This document shows, in pieces, positions 1 through 12,709 of a stretch of 64,000 bases of DNA. This DNA comes from Felis catus (taxonomy: Eukaryota), in contig NC_058368.1 of the NCBI RefSeq assembly GCF_018350175.1, positions 21,330,001 to 21,394,000 of the forward strand. The letters run 5' to 3'. Every line of letters begins with the position of its first letter. The stretch's first letter is position 1. A program made the position numbers and the translations under genes. Below the pieces are notes generated by a model, which had not been told where the DNA came from, made no database searches, and saw only the letters and a list, made by a program, of their open reading frames with translations.

Positions 1-1389
1 TTCTTAAAATTCAACTAGACAAATTGAACAAAAACTTTAAAGGGTAAATATGATCATAATCTGAAAAGCTCCAGGAGTCTTTGATCCAGGTGGAATACTG
101 TATGAACTCCTGACTCTTTCAGAAAGCTATTTGTCAGTGAACATCGTTACGTCCCCTCCAAATTATCCCAATTCCAACAAGAACCTAAAACATGGAGGAT
201 GCACACAATTCGAAGCAAAAGCAATAAACACTGGCTAATGTCTCTCACCACCTCTGTTTTTTACAAACTGCACCTACCTCCTGCAGCTCGTGAATGTTCA
301 GAAAATAATAAGACCGTCCACTGGCGATTCTATCACGGTTTTTGCATGCCAATTCTTGATCCCCTCCCCCCAGTTTTCTTTCTGATATTAAGAATAATGT
401 TTACAATGTGGTAACAACCCATTCCCAGTGTGAGCGTGGCCAACAATCATAAAAGCAAACACCTAGGGCCATCTCTGGTGAATGTGCTTTACAGTACTGG
501 TCCCGTGGGATAAAGTAGCCCAGTGCTCGGTGAGGGAATTGTAGTGTAAGTATCCATTGACCTGCAGCTGAACTTACCACTTGCTGTTTTTCTCTTATAA
601 TCTAAATCTGGAAATGTGCTGTCTGGTCAGCAGCGCACTACCAAGTCATTCAGCAAAATGCTCCAGATGCCATAAAAGTGTGCCTGTGTGTTAGAAAATG
701 AACTTGTAAAATATAGTCTAAGGATTGTGTGAAGGCCGTATTTCAGACAGCCAAAATGCTTCTGCTGAGACACCTTTGTAATGCAGCCAGGCAGCAGCTG
801 TGTGTATTGTAGACGCTGTGGGTGTGAGTCTGTCTACAGAGTCACCGCTGACCCTGCCCTGGCGGCCTTGTCACTGAACACCCTCATTGGGACAACGTCC
901 TGAATCCATCTCACTGGGCACTGATAACAGAGCCAGGCCTGCCCCAGAGAGTTCCTTTCAAATCAACACTCTCTTTAGCCTAACTTCGTAAGGCACGTCA
1001 CTACTCTCCAACCGCTGGCAATGTGGAAAACAGTCACAAATCTTATGTGACAAATCTTATATAATTTAATAAAGAGCAAGCCAGATGTTTAGGGGGAAAA
1101 AATAATAGCGATTTTGCAGGGAATACTGTGCTTTAAAAAAAAAATACCAGTCATTTTATAATGATATCTGTCCTTTTGTTTTTCAGATCAGAGCCTTGGT
1201 TTTAATTTATCCTTGGGTTCCTTGGTACAGTTGTGGTTTTGTCGTTTGCTTTTTAACAAGTACTTTGTGTTGATATTTTTTTCTTAGTAAAGCTATCTGT
1301 GTATTTATGTTATTTGTATTTATGTTATCATGCCATAAACTCTTTTGTTGATTCCACCTTCTAATTTTCTATCAACTCGGTTGACTTCT

Positions 1390-1900
1390 GTTCACCACAC
1401 TCACCCTACCTAAGCCCCCATCACTTTTGCCTTCAGTATTACTCTCCTGACTGGCCTCCCTACTCCACTACTGCTCCCCCAACCCATTCCAGACACTGCA
1501 CTCAGAGTACTGGTTTCATAATACAAATCTGACCAAAACACCTCAGGCTTAAAAGCTTTCAAGGACTTCCTAATGACCCCTTCCTACCTCTCCAGCATAA
1601 TCTCATATCCATACTCCCCCACCCATCCCCATGGCATCATGTGCTCCCATATCTCACAGCTACAGGGGTCTTCTTCCAGTTCCTCCCAAACCCTTCAGAC
1701 ACTTCCCAATGCCACTCCTTCTGCCACAAATGCCCATCCCACCTCTTCACCTGAAGTCCTCCTACTGGTCCTTCTTCTCAGCTTAAAGTGCACTCCTTCC
1801 AGAACCCTCTCCAGTTGCCAACCCACATGAGATCCTCTCAAAGCACCCTGCTCTTCAGCATGCTTATCATCACAATGATACTTAATTATGCGTGCAATTA
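1390..1900 (+). mobile_element. L2 LINE fragment (ancient)
   Basis: Pyrimidine-rich L2-like phrases (ctcctgactggcctccctactcc...aatacaaatctgacc...cttaaaagctttcaaggacttcc). Confidence 0.6.
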
Positions 1901-2175
1901 GTTGCTGAATTCCTGGTTTTGTGCTGTGTTCGCCTTGGTCTTTCCCAGATGCCTGATCCAATAAGCATCTCAGCAATACCTGCCACAAGTGGCAGGTTGA
2001 GGGGAGAGCCTGAGAGGGGTGTTTTCCAGAACACTCTTCCCTCTGTTGCCCTTGAGAACACAGACCATGGATTAACCCTGGTCCGGCAGAGAAACTGACT
2101 GGTGAAACTTACAGTCCCAAACTCAACCAGCCAAACTGTGTGGGAAATCACGTTTCTAAGTTAGAAAGAGCCTCT

Positions 2176-2339
2176 GGAACCTGGGTGGTGCAGTCAGCTG
2201 AGCATTCAACTCTTGGTTTCGGCTCAGGTCATGATCTCATGGTTTATGAGTTCAAGCCCTGTATCTGGCTATGTGCTGATGGTGCAGAGCCTGCTTGGGA
2301 TTCTGTCTCTCCTTCCCTCTACTCCTCCCTGCTTGTGCA

Positions 2340-2378
<39 letters not shown>

Positions 2379-2414
2379 GAATAAATAAACCTAAATTTTT
2401 TTTTCTTTTAAAAA
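2176..2414 (+). mobile_element. Can-SINE (SINEC_Fc family)
   Basis: tRNA-like head, (CT)n tract, A-rich tail; degenerate TSD agaaagagcctc/agaaagagactc. Confidence 0.92.
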
Positions 2415-2439
2415 AGAAAGAGACTCAAAATGCTATTTC

Positions 2440-2645
2440 TCTCTAGGAGTTTCCCCATTGTGTGAGCTTATTTTCACTTTTTGACAGTGTCTTTTGCAGT
2501 TCAAAGTTTTTATTTTGGTGAAATTCAACTTATTTGTTTTCTTTGCTTTTGCGTTGGGTGACATGTCTAAAAAACCATTATCTAATCCAAGGTTGCAAAA
2601 ATTTGCACCTATTTTTTCTAAGAGTTTTAAATTTTTAGCTTTCAA
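2440..2645 (-). mobile_element. Old L1M, late ORF2 fragment
   Basis: Minus-strand translation KLLEKIGANFCNLGLDNGFLDMSPNAKAK resembles the post-RT region of L1 ORF2p. Confidence 0.8.
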
Positions 2646-2789
2646 TTTTTTTTAATATGGTGACTAGCGAGTAAAACTTGCAATAATGAACAAAACTACA
2701 TTTAATATGAACAACCACACTGATGAATAGAAAGTTCTATACTACGGGTCCTACTGTATCTCTGAATAATTGTATGAATAAAGGGAGCA

Positions 2790-4037
2790 TTTTACCTCTC
2801 TGAGGTACAAAAAAATGTTATGAACCAAGGTATTAGCTGTAATCCTTGGAGAAACCACTAAGAAAATAAAAATATAGTAAAGGAAAGGACAAGAAATTGA
2901 AATGCTACACTAGAAAATATCTATTCAGCACAAAAGGCAGTATGCAAGAACAGAGAAACAAAGACGTGACATTTGTATGTAGAAAAAATAGCCAAATCTT
3001 ACATTAGTAAGATATTAAATATAAATAAATGCTCCAATTAAAAGGCAGAAACTGGCAAATGGATAAAAAACAATGATTTAACTATATGGCATCTGTAACA
3101 GACATACTCTAGGCTCAAAGATACAAATAGGTTGAAAATAAAAGGGTGGAAAGAGATATACCATGCAAACACTCAACAAAAGAGAGCTGAAGCATGTATG
3201 CTAATATCAGATAAAATAGACTTTAATGCAAAATTCCTGCCAGAGATGAAAAAAAAGGACATTTTGTAATGATATAAAGGTTAGTACATCAAGAAAAGAT
3301 AAGAATTATAAACATATATGCATGTAACAAGAGAGCCCCAAAATACATGAAACAAAACCTTACAGAATTTAAGGGAGAATTAGATAATCCAATAATATAG
3401 TTAGAGGCTTCAATGCTCTCACTACTGGGAGAAGAACTATACAGAAGATCAGTAAAGAAAAAGAAGACCTGAACAGCACTATAAACCAACTCACTATAAA
3501 CCAACACCACTATAAACCACATCCATAGAATACTCTACCCAACAACAGCAGAATCCACATTCTTTTCAAGTGCACATGGAACATTCTCAAAGACAGACCA
3601 TATGTCAAGCTTCAATAAATTTCAAAGGATTAGAATCATACAAAGCATGTTCTCCAACCATAACGGAATGCAGTTATGACTAACAAAAAAACATTTGTGA
3701 AACTCACCCATATTGGGTGGAAATTAAACAACACATTACCATTATCCAAGGGGTAAAAGCAGAAGTCAGAACGGAAATTAGAAAATATTTTGAAATGAAT
3801 GAAAATGAGTACACAACATACCAAAACTTATGGGATGCAGTTACAGCAGTGCTTAGAGGGAAATTTACAGCTGTAAATGCCTATCTTTAAAAAGAAGGGG
3901 CATCTGGATGGCTCAGTTGGTTAAGCATCCCACTCTTAATTTTGGCTCAGATCACGATCTCAAAGTTCATAAGATCAAGCCCCATGTCAGGCTCTGCACT
4001 GACAGTGCAGAGCTGACTTGGGATTCTCTCTCTTTCC

Positions 4038-4071
<34 letters not shown>

Positions 4072-4105
4072 GTCTCTCTATCTCTCTCACACACACACAC
4101 ACACA

Positions 4106-4145
<40 letters not shown>

Positions 4146-4425
4146 TGCATACATAATATGTAAAAATAAGAACTTTAAAGTACATAGAACTACAAAAGAA
4201 AAAACAAATAAAAAATAAAAAGAAAGAAAATCTCAAAAATAACCTAATTGGAATGGCATAATTCCTAAAGAAACTAGAAAGAGATGATCAAACTAAACCC
4301 AAACAAGCAGAAGGAAGTAAATAATAAAGATTACAGTGGAAATAATGGAAATATATACCAGAAAGATGATAAAATCAACAAAACCAAAAATAGGTTTTTT
4401 GAAAGATTAATGAAATTTATGAACT
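2790..4425 (+). mobile_element. Old L1M inter-ORF region plus ORF2 endonuclease and linker region (decayed)
   Basis: ORF2 N-terminal phrases (gatacaaataggttgaaaataaaagggtggaaagagatataccatgcaaac; tcaagtgcacatggaacattctc; caacataccaaaacttatgggatgcag); many stops; interrupted by a SINE. Confidence 0.88.
3897..4225 (+). mobile_element. Can-SINE with (CT)n(CA)n expansion, inside L1
   Basis: ggggcatctggatggctcag head; CT then CA microsatellite at about 4025-4145. Confidence 0.9.
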
Positions 4426-4429
4426 TTTA

Positions 4430-4531
4430 AGACTTTCTCTTTGGCTTTTGACAGTTTGATAATGATCTGTCTAAATGGGAGTTGGTTTTTTTTTTTTTTT
4501 TTTAGACATTTACCCTACTTAAAGTTTATTC

Positions 4532-4570
<39 letters not shown>

Positions 4571-6118
4571 ATATTTGTTTTGTTTTGTTTGTAGATTATT
4601 GTTTTCCCTTAAATTGGAAAGTTTGGTACCATTATTTCTTATAATATTATTTCTGCCCCCTCTCTCTTTTCTGTTCTTCTGGGACTCCCATTATGTATAT
4701 ATGTTGGTAGTTTGTTGGTGTCCCACAAATCTCTGAGGTTCTGTTCATTGTCATCTTTTTTTTCTTTCTTCCCCTCAGACTAGCTAATTTCAAATGACAC
4801 CTTCAAATTCTCTGATTCTTCCATCTACTTTCTCAAATCTGCTGAGTACCTCTAATGAATTTTTTATTTCACTTATTTTAATTTTCAACTTACTATTCTA
4901 TATTATTTCAACTTTCAGCTTCTATTTGGGTCTTTTTTTAAATAATTTCTATCTTTTTGATACTCTCTATTTGGTGAGACATCATTTTCATATGTCCCTT
5001 TAGTTCCTTGAACATATTTAAAATAGCTTCTTAAAGCCTTTTTCTAGAAAGTCCAATATCTGGGCTTCCTCAGGGACAGTTTCTGTTGACTGCTTTTTTT
5101 CCTGTGTATGAGTTATACTTTCTTATTTCTTTGTCTACCTCATAATTTTCTGCTGAAAACTGGATATTTCAAATAATATAATGTGGTAATTCCAGACTAC
5201 AATCTTCCTTCTTCCCTGGGGTTTGTTGTAATTGCTGTTTTGGTGATGGTGGGGGTGGTGGCAATGGCTTAGTGACTTTTCTGAACTAATTTTGTAACAC
5301 TGCATTCTTTGTCACATGTGGCCATTGAAATCCCTGCTCAGTCAGGTATTCAGCTAATAATTAGAGATTTCCCTCAATGTCTGGAATCAGTAAGTTTCCC
5401 AGTCTTTGCTAAGGAACTCTGTGTGCATTATTAAGCATGCTTTCAACAGTCAGCCAGGTGTTTTACAACTGTGTCTTAGCCTCTACTTACTGTTCATGCA
5501 GAACCCCAAGATTAGCCAGAGGTAAGGGCTCAGAGGTCTTTCCTAAAGTGTGCACAGCTTGGGCATGCATACAACCACATACATGCATGTGATCTTTTAG
5601 ATTACTGGAAATATGTCATAGCTTTTCAAGGCCCCCAATGGACATTTAATTCCCCATAGTTTCCTTTTAGACCTTTTTGGTTAGCCCATTGTTTGCCACA
5701 ACGGTTATTCACTGCTTCACGACTCACAGGCAGCTAACATGTCAATATTCACCTCTTATTGTTTTTAACAAACATCCCCAATGAAATGGCTGTTCATATT
5801 AAGTGAACTCTGACTTAGATCAAATAAAGACAGCCCTGCAAGTGGGGCCTTCTAAGGAACCACGAGACAAGTCCATAATGACAAGTCTCTGGGAATGGGG
5901 ATTTGAAGGAAATTGAATTTCATTCTGCCCTCTCTGGTATCTACCAGGCTGGTGGTTTTAACTGTGATTTACAGGTTACTGATTTTCAAGGCTAATGTAG
6001 AACCAGGAAGGAAGTGGGGGGTTTCAATAGGACAAGTTAAACACCACAAAGCTCTCTTTTCTTACCAAAATTCAGCCAGTTTTCTTGAATAAATGTTCCC
6101 TGGATTGCTACAAACCCT
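4430..6118 (-). mobile_element. Old L1M 5' region plus ORF1 (antisense)
   Basis: Minus strand near 4430-4475 reads like the ORF1 IIIKLSKAKEKVLK segment; 5040-5600 resembles old L1M 5' sequence; contains (TG)n at 4537-4569. Confidence 0.75.
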
Positions 6119-6119
6119 T

Positions 6120-6820
6120 AGATCCCAGAAGCTCAATAAACCACACATAAAATAAATACACGCATACAAACACCAAGGCACATCATAATCAAGTTGCTAA
6201 AAACCAATGATAAAGAGAAAATCTGTAAAGTAACCAGAGAAAAGAGACATATCACCTATATGGGAGGAATAATTAAAAATATCACTGACTTCTCATCAGA
6301 AACAATGCAAACCAAAAGACAATGGAGTATTATCTTTAAAGTGCTAGGAGAAAAAGTTATAACCTAGAATTCTATATCCAGCAAAAATATCCTTAAAAAA
6401 TGAAGGTAGGGGCGCCTGGGTGGCGCAGTCGGTTAAGCGTCCGACTTCAGCCAGGTCGCGATCTTGCAGTCCGTGAGTTCGAGCCCCACGTCAGGCTCTG
6501 GGCTGATGGCTCAGAGCCTGGAGCCTGTTTCCGATTCTGTGTCTCCCTCTCTCTCTGCCCCTCCCCCGTTCATGCTCTGTCTCTCTCTGTCCCAAAAATA
6601 AATAAACGTTGAAAAAAAAAATTTTTTTTTAAAATGAAGGTAAAATAAAGGCATGTTCAGACAATATAAAACTAAGAAAATTTATTACCAACAGGCCCTC
6701 AGGTGGCAGATACCTATGCAAATAATATAAATGACCTTTTTCTCATTTACTAATTCATTAAAAGATAATTGATTACTTAAAGAAAAAATAATTACAATGT
6801 AGCATATGTTTCATAACATC
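6120..6820 (+). mobile_element. Old L1 (L1ME-like) ORF1 C-terminal fragment
   Basis: ccaaggcacatcataatcaagttgctaaaaaccaatgataaagagaaaatc and gacttctcatcagaaacaatg (PRHIIIKL, DFSSETM motifs). Confidence 0.8.
6409..6630 (+). mobile_element. Young SINEC_Fc
   Basis: CpG-rich near-consensus body; perfect TSD aaaatgaaggta (6397-6408 / 6631-6642). Confidence 0.97.
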
Positions 6821-6860
6821 AATCTTCTGGTCTCAAGGCTCCCCCCTGCCCATGCAATTC

Positions 6861-7070
6861 TTTTTTTTTTTTATGTTTACTTATTTATTTTTGAGAGAAA
6901 GAGAGTGTGCAAGCATGCATAAGCAGGGGAGGGGCAGAGAGACAGAATCTCAAACAGGCTCTGCACTGACAGTGCCCCTGATGTGGGGCTCAAACTCACG
7001 AGCCCTGAGATCATGAACTGAGTCGAAATCAAGAATCAGACACTCAACCAACTGAGCCACCCAGGCCCCC
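6861..7070 (-). mobile_element. Can-SINE
   Basis: Poly-T, then antisense body ending ctgagccacccaggccccc. Confidence 0.92.
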
Positions 7071-7369
7071 TGGAACTCTTTTAATCCAGCATGGTATGAT
7101 AAACTGACACACATTCCTGGGTGAGATCACAGAAGAGAACAGAGATACCAGGCCTGCATTTGAGCCTAAACAAACTAAGCAAAAACATTTCATGAGAAGC
7201 AGATGTATTATCTTACTATCCACATAAACCTTGTTCTTTTCAAGCCTTTGTTCCCCTTTCCCTCTCTCCTCTACTTGAAATAACGTCACTTACCCACCTC
7301 TGCCTATCCAAATCTGACTTTCAGGGTCCCATGCAAATTCTTCCTCCTTCATGAAGCTCCTCTTGACTC

Positions 7370-7450
7370 ACCAAGGACACCTAGCTAGTTAATGGCAGTG
7401 CTAGAATTAGAACTTGGTCCTCCTGACACTTAATTCAGTGTTCTCTGTAC
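7370..7450 (-). mobile_element. MIR fragment
   Basis: ccaaggacacctagctagttaatggcagtgctagaattagaac resembles the antisense MIR core. Confidence 0.6.
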
Positions 7451-9655
7451 CATATCAATTGTTCTCAAAGTTTTTCAGGTGGTGGGGTACGCGAAAGAAA
7501 AAGTATTTTTGAACTATTGATATTCAAATTTTTTAAGTTAATGTGCTGTGTTTAATCAGATACTCTCTTACACTAGATTCTAGCACAGCTCAGATATCAA
7601 AGCTTAATAAAGTATTGTTGGAATTAAAAACATACAATGCTGGGGAAATTCTTTTTCTTAAAATCAAGAAAAGGCACTCATTTTTTCCAACATTTTAGTG
7701 GCAAAATGGCTGGGTCCCACCTACAGTACATCAGTGTTTTGAGCAATTTGAAGACTGTTGTACCATGTGCTATCCTGAAATTTTACTTTACTCTCCATGA
7801 AAGTCTCCAAGCAACACTTTAACTAGGCTGAACTCCATCCTGATTTCTAAGGAGATTTGCAGAAAAATTATTTCCCCAGTCTCATATTACTCTAAATAAA
7901 GTGGACTCTAACTGGGCCATGTTCCATTTTAGAACAGACACCTGGATTTATGGCCTAGGACATAGCTCATTCCATTATTCTAGATATAAATTGTCTCAGT
8001 TACTTCAATAACTCTCTTATCTCAGCACACTTCCTATAATATGTCTCTTAACACACGCACTCATGTTAAACTGAGATAATCTGGACACGGAAAAGGGAAG
8101 CCGTTTGCATAGACATCATCTTCCTATGGTATTAATTAAGGATCCTGGTGCTGAAAGTTTGGCTCTACCTAGAGCACATATGGATTTCTAGGGGTATGCC
8201 ACTCTGTTACCTCCTGGTGTTTGGTACCAAGAGAGGTGCTGACGTATTTGCAGCTCAATCCTGAAAGAAGTCCACCTTTCTCACCAGAGGCCCAAGAAAT
8301 CACATGCCACACCACTGAGAGATATGCCTTAGGCTATAACCAGCTCTGAGGAAAAGGGACTCCATGTTCCCCACAGAGGAAACAAGGACAGAGGGGCCAG
8401 GCTAGTTCCCCAAGGTAAATCAGGCCCTCTGGAAGAGCTTACTGCTTCAGTATCCTGGCAGTATTCAGATGTTGGGATAATGCTGGCGTTAGTCACCACC
8501 AAGGGCAGAACCAGACAAAATGAGTCTAAATCTCACCAAGAGAAATCTAAGTTAGACAAAAGGAGTAATTGTGAAGACTGTTAGCAGGATACAATGCCAA
8601 TGAGTTTGCCGAGGATTTTAAAATTAGTCATCTGTCTTCACCAGTGGCTGTGACTAATTAAAAATCATGTCACCATATCCAGAAATGCAAACTGGCTATA
8701 GCCACAGCCAACTTCAAGCATATATTACTATGCCTCCGGAACTGATGTAAAAGTCCTGTTCAGCCCAGAAATGGTTCCTGGGATATTTCTGTACAATGTG
8801 AGAATTCAGGAATTTACTTTTAAGTGAGTATTGAAATAAACTTTGTGAGGCAGGCAAGCTACATGAAGCTAGATAAACCAGAGGGTTTTTTTTTAAGTGT
8901 GTTTATTCAAAATTAGAGAAAAGCCACTTAATTCACTATATATCACGCCTAAATTTAGATATCTCAACATCATATATTATACGGCAACCAGCTTTTGCAA
9001 AATAGTACAATTCCCAATCAGTAATAAGGAATTTTGGAATTCAAAAGTGCACATTGTTCTTAGGCTAAAAATAGCAGAAAATCTCAATTCCTTAAATACA
9101 GAGTAATCTCTTATGATCTCTTTAATTTATTGCACTTCCTGTGACCAACAAAAACTTACTGAATACCTATTATGTCCATTATGTGTAAAGCTTTTCATCA
9201 AACTGAATGTTTAAATATAAGGAAAAAAAGTTCAGGAAAAAAAACACTCAAAGAGTTTTTAAACCATTTTAATATGTTTTGAAAATTGCCTTATACATTT
9301 TAGACATGATAATGTAATTTAACTAGTTCATATACATTCTTTCTTTCCCATACTTAGTAGGCATATTTTCTCAAATTTCTGAGACCTATATAAAATTTAT
9401 TTTCAAATAATGCTTTAAGAGCCTGAGACTTTAAGAGCACATTTTGGAATTGTGACACTAATTCCTGCAAATTCATGTCTACTTGTACATGAATGTGTAT
9501 AATTCTGAGACCGGCTCCCCCCTCCCCCCCCCACACCCCCCTACTCCCGCCTGCCCTGCCCCTGGGGATGTCTGATCTCCAGTCTGGGAAAGGAAAGTGC
9601 CTCCTCCACATCCTCTCCCAGGGTCTCTCCCCAGGCCTGCGTCCGTGGGGAGAAA

Positions 9656-9666
9656 TGCTGACTCAC
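9656..9666. promoter_or_regulatory. Candidate AP-1/MARE-ARE (NFE2/NRF2/BACH-type) site
   Basis: TGCTGACTCAC (reverse GTGAGTCAGCA) in a locally GC-rich non-repeat patch; motif match only. Confidence 0.3.
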
Positions 9667-10429
9667 AGCTAGTCGGGTTAGCAGCTAGCCATTCCCGGCC
9701 CTGCTAAGTGGGACAACAGAGCAGACCAACCCCGTGGGTGTGGAGAACTGTCATTCTGCTCTCCAGAGGGCTGTGGGAAGAAACACCCCAAAGCCTAGAG
9801 TGTCTGGTGGACTGTAGGAGCTACAGGCAAAACCTTAAGCACAAGGGATCAGAATGTTCAGCCGCTAAGGGGGAATAACAGAAAAGGAAGAGAAAGGAAA
9901 TTAAAGGTCAAGAGGACAGAGAAGGCAAAGGAAGAAAAAAGAGAAATAAAGAAGTGCCTAAGGTGAAGTGGTCAGTGGCCTGCCCACCCTTTCTTGGAGT
10001 TCACTATTGTTCGCCTGCCCCTCCCTCTTTCTGCAGGATGTGTCCCTGTCCCTGGAGGCAGCCAGCCAACAAAGTGTCTCCATGACTAACAAATAATCTT
10101 TGGCCAGACAACCGCAAACTTGTGCTTATTTGATTGCTCACTAGATTCCCTTCCAAAAGCTTTTCACTTTTTCATTCCACAAAGGAGAAAATTCAATGGA
10201 AGTGACTTGCCCAAGAACATAGTTCAAGCTATCTCTTGTCAGCCAGACCCAGGGGTAAGTTCCTGTTCTGTCCTGGGTAATACCCCATTTTGACAATAAT
10301 CTATGATTCTATGCACTTTAGGACCCTAAGGGCCGCATTTAATTGTCCCAGAAATTTAAATAGTATTAACAATAAAACAAAACTTTTTTATTTTCAAAAG
10401 CAGTTGTCTAATTCTAGTTATAAGTTCTA

Positions 10430-10950
10430 GAATAAACAAAACTAATCAATGATAAGTAAAAATCAGAACAATTGTTGCCTTGGGAGTGAAGCATGGGAAC
10501 TGACCGGGAAGGAACAAGAAGGGAACTTTCTAGAATGATAGTAGTGTTCTATATCTTAATGGTGGTTTGGGTTACACAGTTGTATACCTTTATCAAAGCT
10601 TTTCCATTGGTACATTTACATTTATAAATTTCACTGTATGTAGTTATCACCTCAAAGGGGAAAAAAAAGGCATAGAAAATCATTAACTCCAATTAAAGAT
10701 AATGCTGAAGTGTCTAGGGATGAAGTGTTATGATGTCTGCAATTTACTTTAAAACGTATCCAAAAAATAAGATGTGTTAGTAAATAGAGAGAGGGATAGA
10801 TACATGGAGATCTACATGTGATAAAGCAAATATAGTAAAATGTTAGTTATGGAATCTAAATGGTGGGCATATGGCTGTTCACTATCAAATTCTTTCAACT
10901 TTTCTGGAGGTTTGAAAATTTAATGATAAAATGTTGGTGGGGAAAAAAAA
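10430..10950 (+). mobile_element. Old L1 (L1MC/L1ME-type) 3' end fragments
   Basis: gggaactttctagaatgatagtagtgttctatatctt and gataaagcaaatatagtaaaatgtta...tcaacttttctg 3'UTR phrases. Confidence 0.75.
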
Positions 10951-12035
10951 GCATTTGACAATTGTTACCGGATGTGAGATTTTATATTTAGGTACATCCT
11001 TATGATGACAGGTGTTATATCTGACCTTAATATCTATATGATATATATGTATAATATACCTATTGTAAGTGTATATATGCCACAGATACATACACATACA
11101 ATTCATGCTTTATACTAAAATAATAGAGTGACTAAAAAGACATTGTATTACTTAAGAGCATCAAAAAGATTTTATCACATGCACAAGCAGACATTTATTA
11201 ACATGAGACAAGAACTTTTATCTGTTGATTCACAGTTTTACATGCAAAAAGTATGCACAGAAGTATACTGGGCACCAGCAATATAGACAGATACCCTAGG
11301 AATAATGTTATATATGGGGTGATAAAACAAGCTTCTCTACGTCTCTCCTCGCTTTTCTATCCCCATATGATATCTCCAAATTACTAGCTCCTTTAGATTT
11401 GATTTAAAAAGCACCAATTTTAAAACTAACTTGAAGTAGACATGAAAAGATAAATGAAGGGGGGGGGGATTAAGCTCTTACTGAATATGAAAAACTTGGT
11501 CTTTATTGTTGCAGAGTATTTATCCTATGTAGGCCATATAAAATCAGCTACAAAGAAAAAAAATGCTTAATGAGCAGAAATAAGAACTAAGTTTCTCCTT
11601 ATAAATTCTATTATAATAAAAAAAATAACTTGGTCTTTATTTATGACTGCCCCCTTCTAAAGAATTTGAGGTGCTTCCAATAAAAAAATACATGCAATAA
11701 TCAAATAAGAAAGGAGCAACAAGACTAGGGAAAATATAAGTAAAAGTGGTGATTTTAGACCAATAAAAAGAAACACACAAATATCACAACATAGAAGCCT
11801 AGGATAATAGCTACAGTTGAGCTTTATATTTGTTTCTGAGCTACAGAGAAAAGTAACAACCAGTTAAATTTACTTTTCCAATTTAATATTTAGCACAATG
11901 TTCTAAAGCAATTTTGTCATATGAAACTTCTCCAGATTATTCAGTGATGTCACTGACAGTCCCCTCAAGACCATTCCTACTGAAACCAAAAATGCAGTAA
12001 ATCTTTTTCTACACCTATTTCTCCTTATATTTTTT

Positions 12036-12040
12036 AATAA

Positions 12041-12079
<39 letters not shown>

Positions 12080-12080
12080 A
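12036..12080. repeat. (AAAT)n microsatellite
   Basis: About 10 tandem AAAT units. Confidence 0.9.
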
Positions 12081-12215
12081 ACTAGGACATAAGAATGATT
12101 TTCCCAAAAAGCAAGAACTTGTAGTAAAGGGAATCTCAGGTGATAGAATTAGATACCACCTCCAAAGGTGGTTGGAATAGATAAAATAGAAGTAAATAAA
12201 ATAAGTTTTTATCTC

Positions 12216-12419
12216 GGGGCACCTGGTGGCTCAGCCGGCTAAGCATCTGACTTCAGCTGAGGTCATAATCTCACGGTTTGTGAGTTCAAGCTCCAAGTCA
12301 GGCTCTGTGTTAACAGCTCAGAGCCTGGAGCCTGCTTTGGATTCTGTGTCTCCTTCTCTCTCTGCCCCTCCCCCACTTGTGCTCTGTCTCTCTCTGTCTC
12401 TCAAAAATAAATAAATGTA
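12216..12419 (+). mobile_element. Can-SINE (SINEC_Fc)
   Basis: Typical head and body; tail runs into a TA-rich array. Confidence 0.93.
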
Positions 12420-12653
12420 ATATATATATATATACACATATATATACATATATGTATACATATATGTATACATATATGTATACATATATGTATATATATG
12501 TATATATATGTATATATACATATGTATATATGTATGTGTGTATATATATATATATATATTAGAGTGTAATAAAGAGATGTATATATATATGTATATATAC
12601 ATATGTATATATATGTATATATATATGTACATATACATATGTATATATGTATG

Positions 12654-12692
<39 letters not shown>

Positions 12693-12709
12693 GTGTAATA
12701 AAGAGATGT
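12420..12709. repeat. Compound (TA)n/(TATG)n array with a duplicated 22-bp unique spacer
   Basis: ttagagtgtaataaagagatgt at 12559-12580 and 12688-12709. Confidence 0.92.

Noticed and set aside
1978..1997. Perfect 9-bp inverted repeat acctgccac-aa-gtggcaggt, CTCF-like
   Set aside because: Short enough to arise by chance and one base short of the CTCF core spacing.
6409..6490. tRNA-like A and B boxes as tRNA genes
   Set aside because: They are the tRNA-derived heads of SINEs, followed by SINE body and tail.
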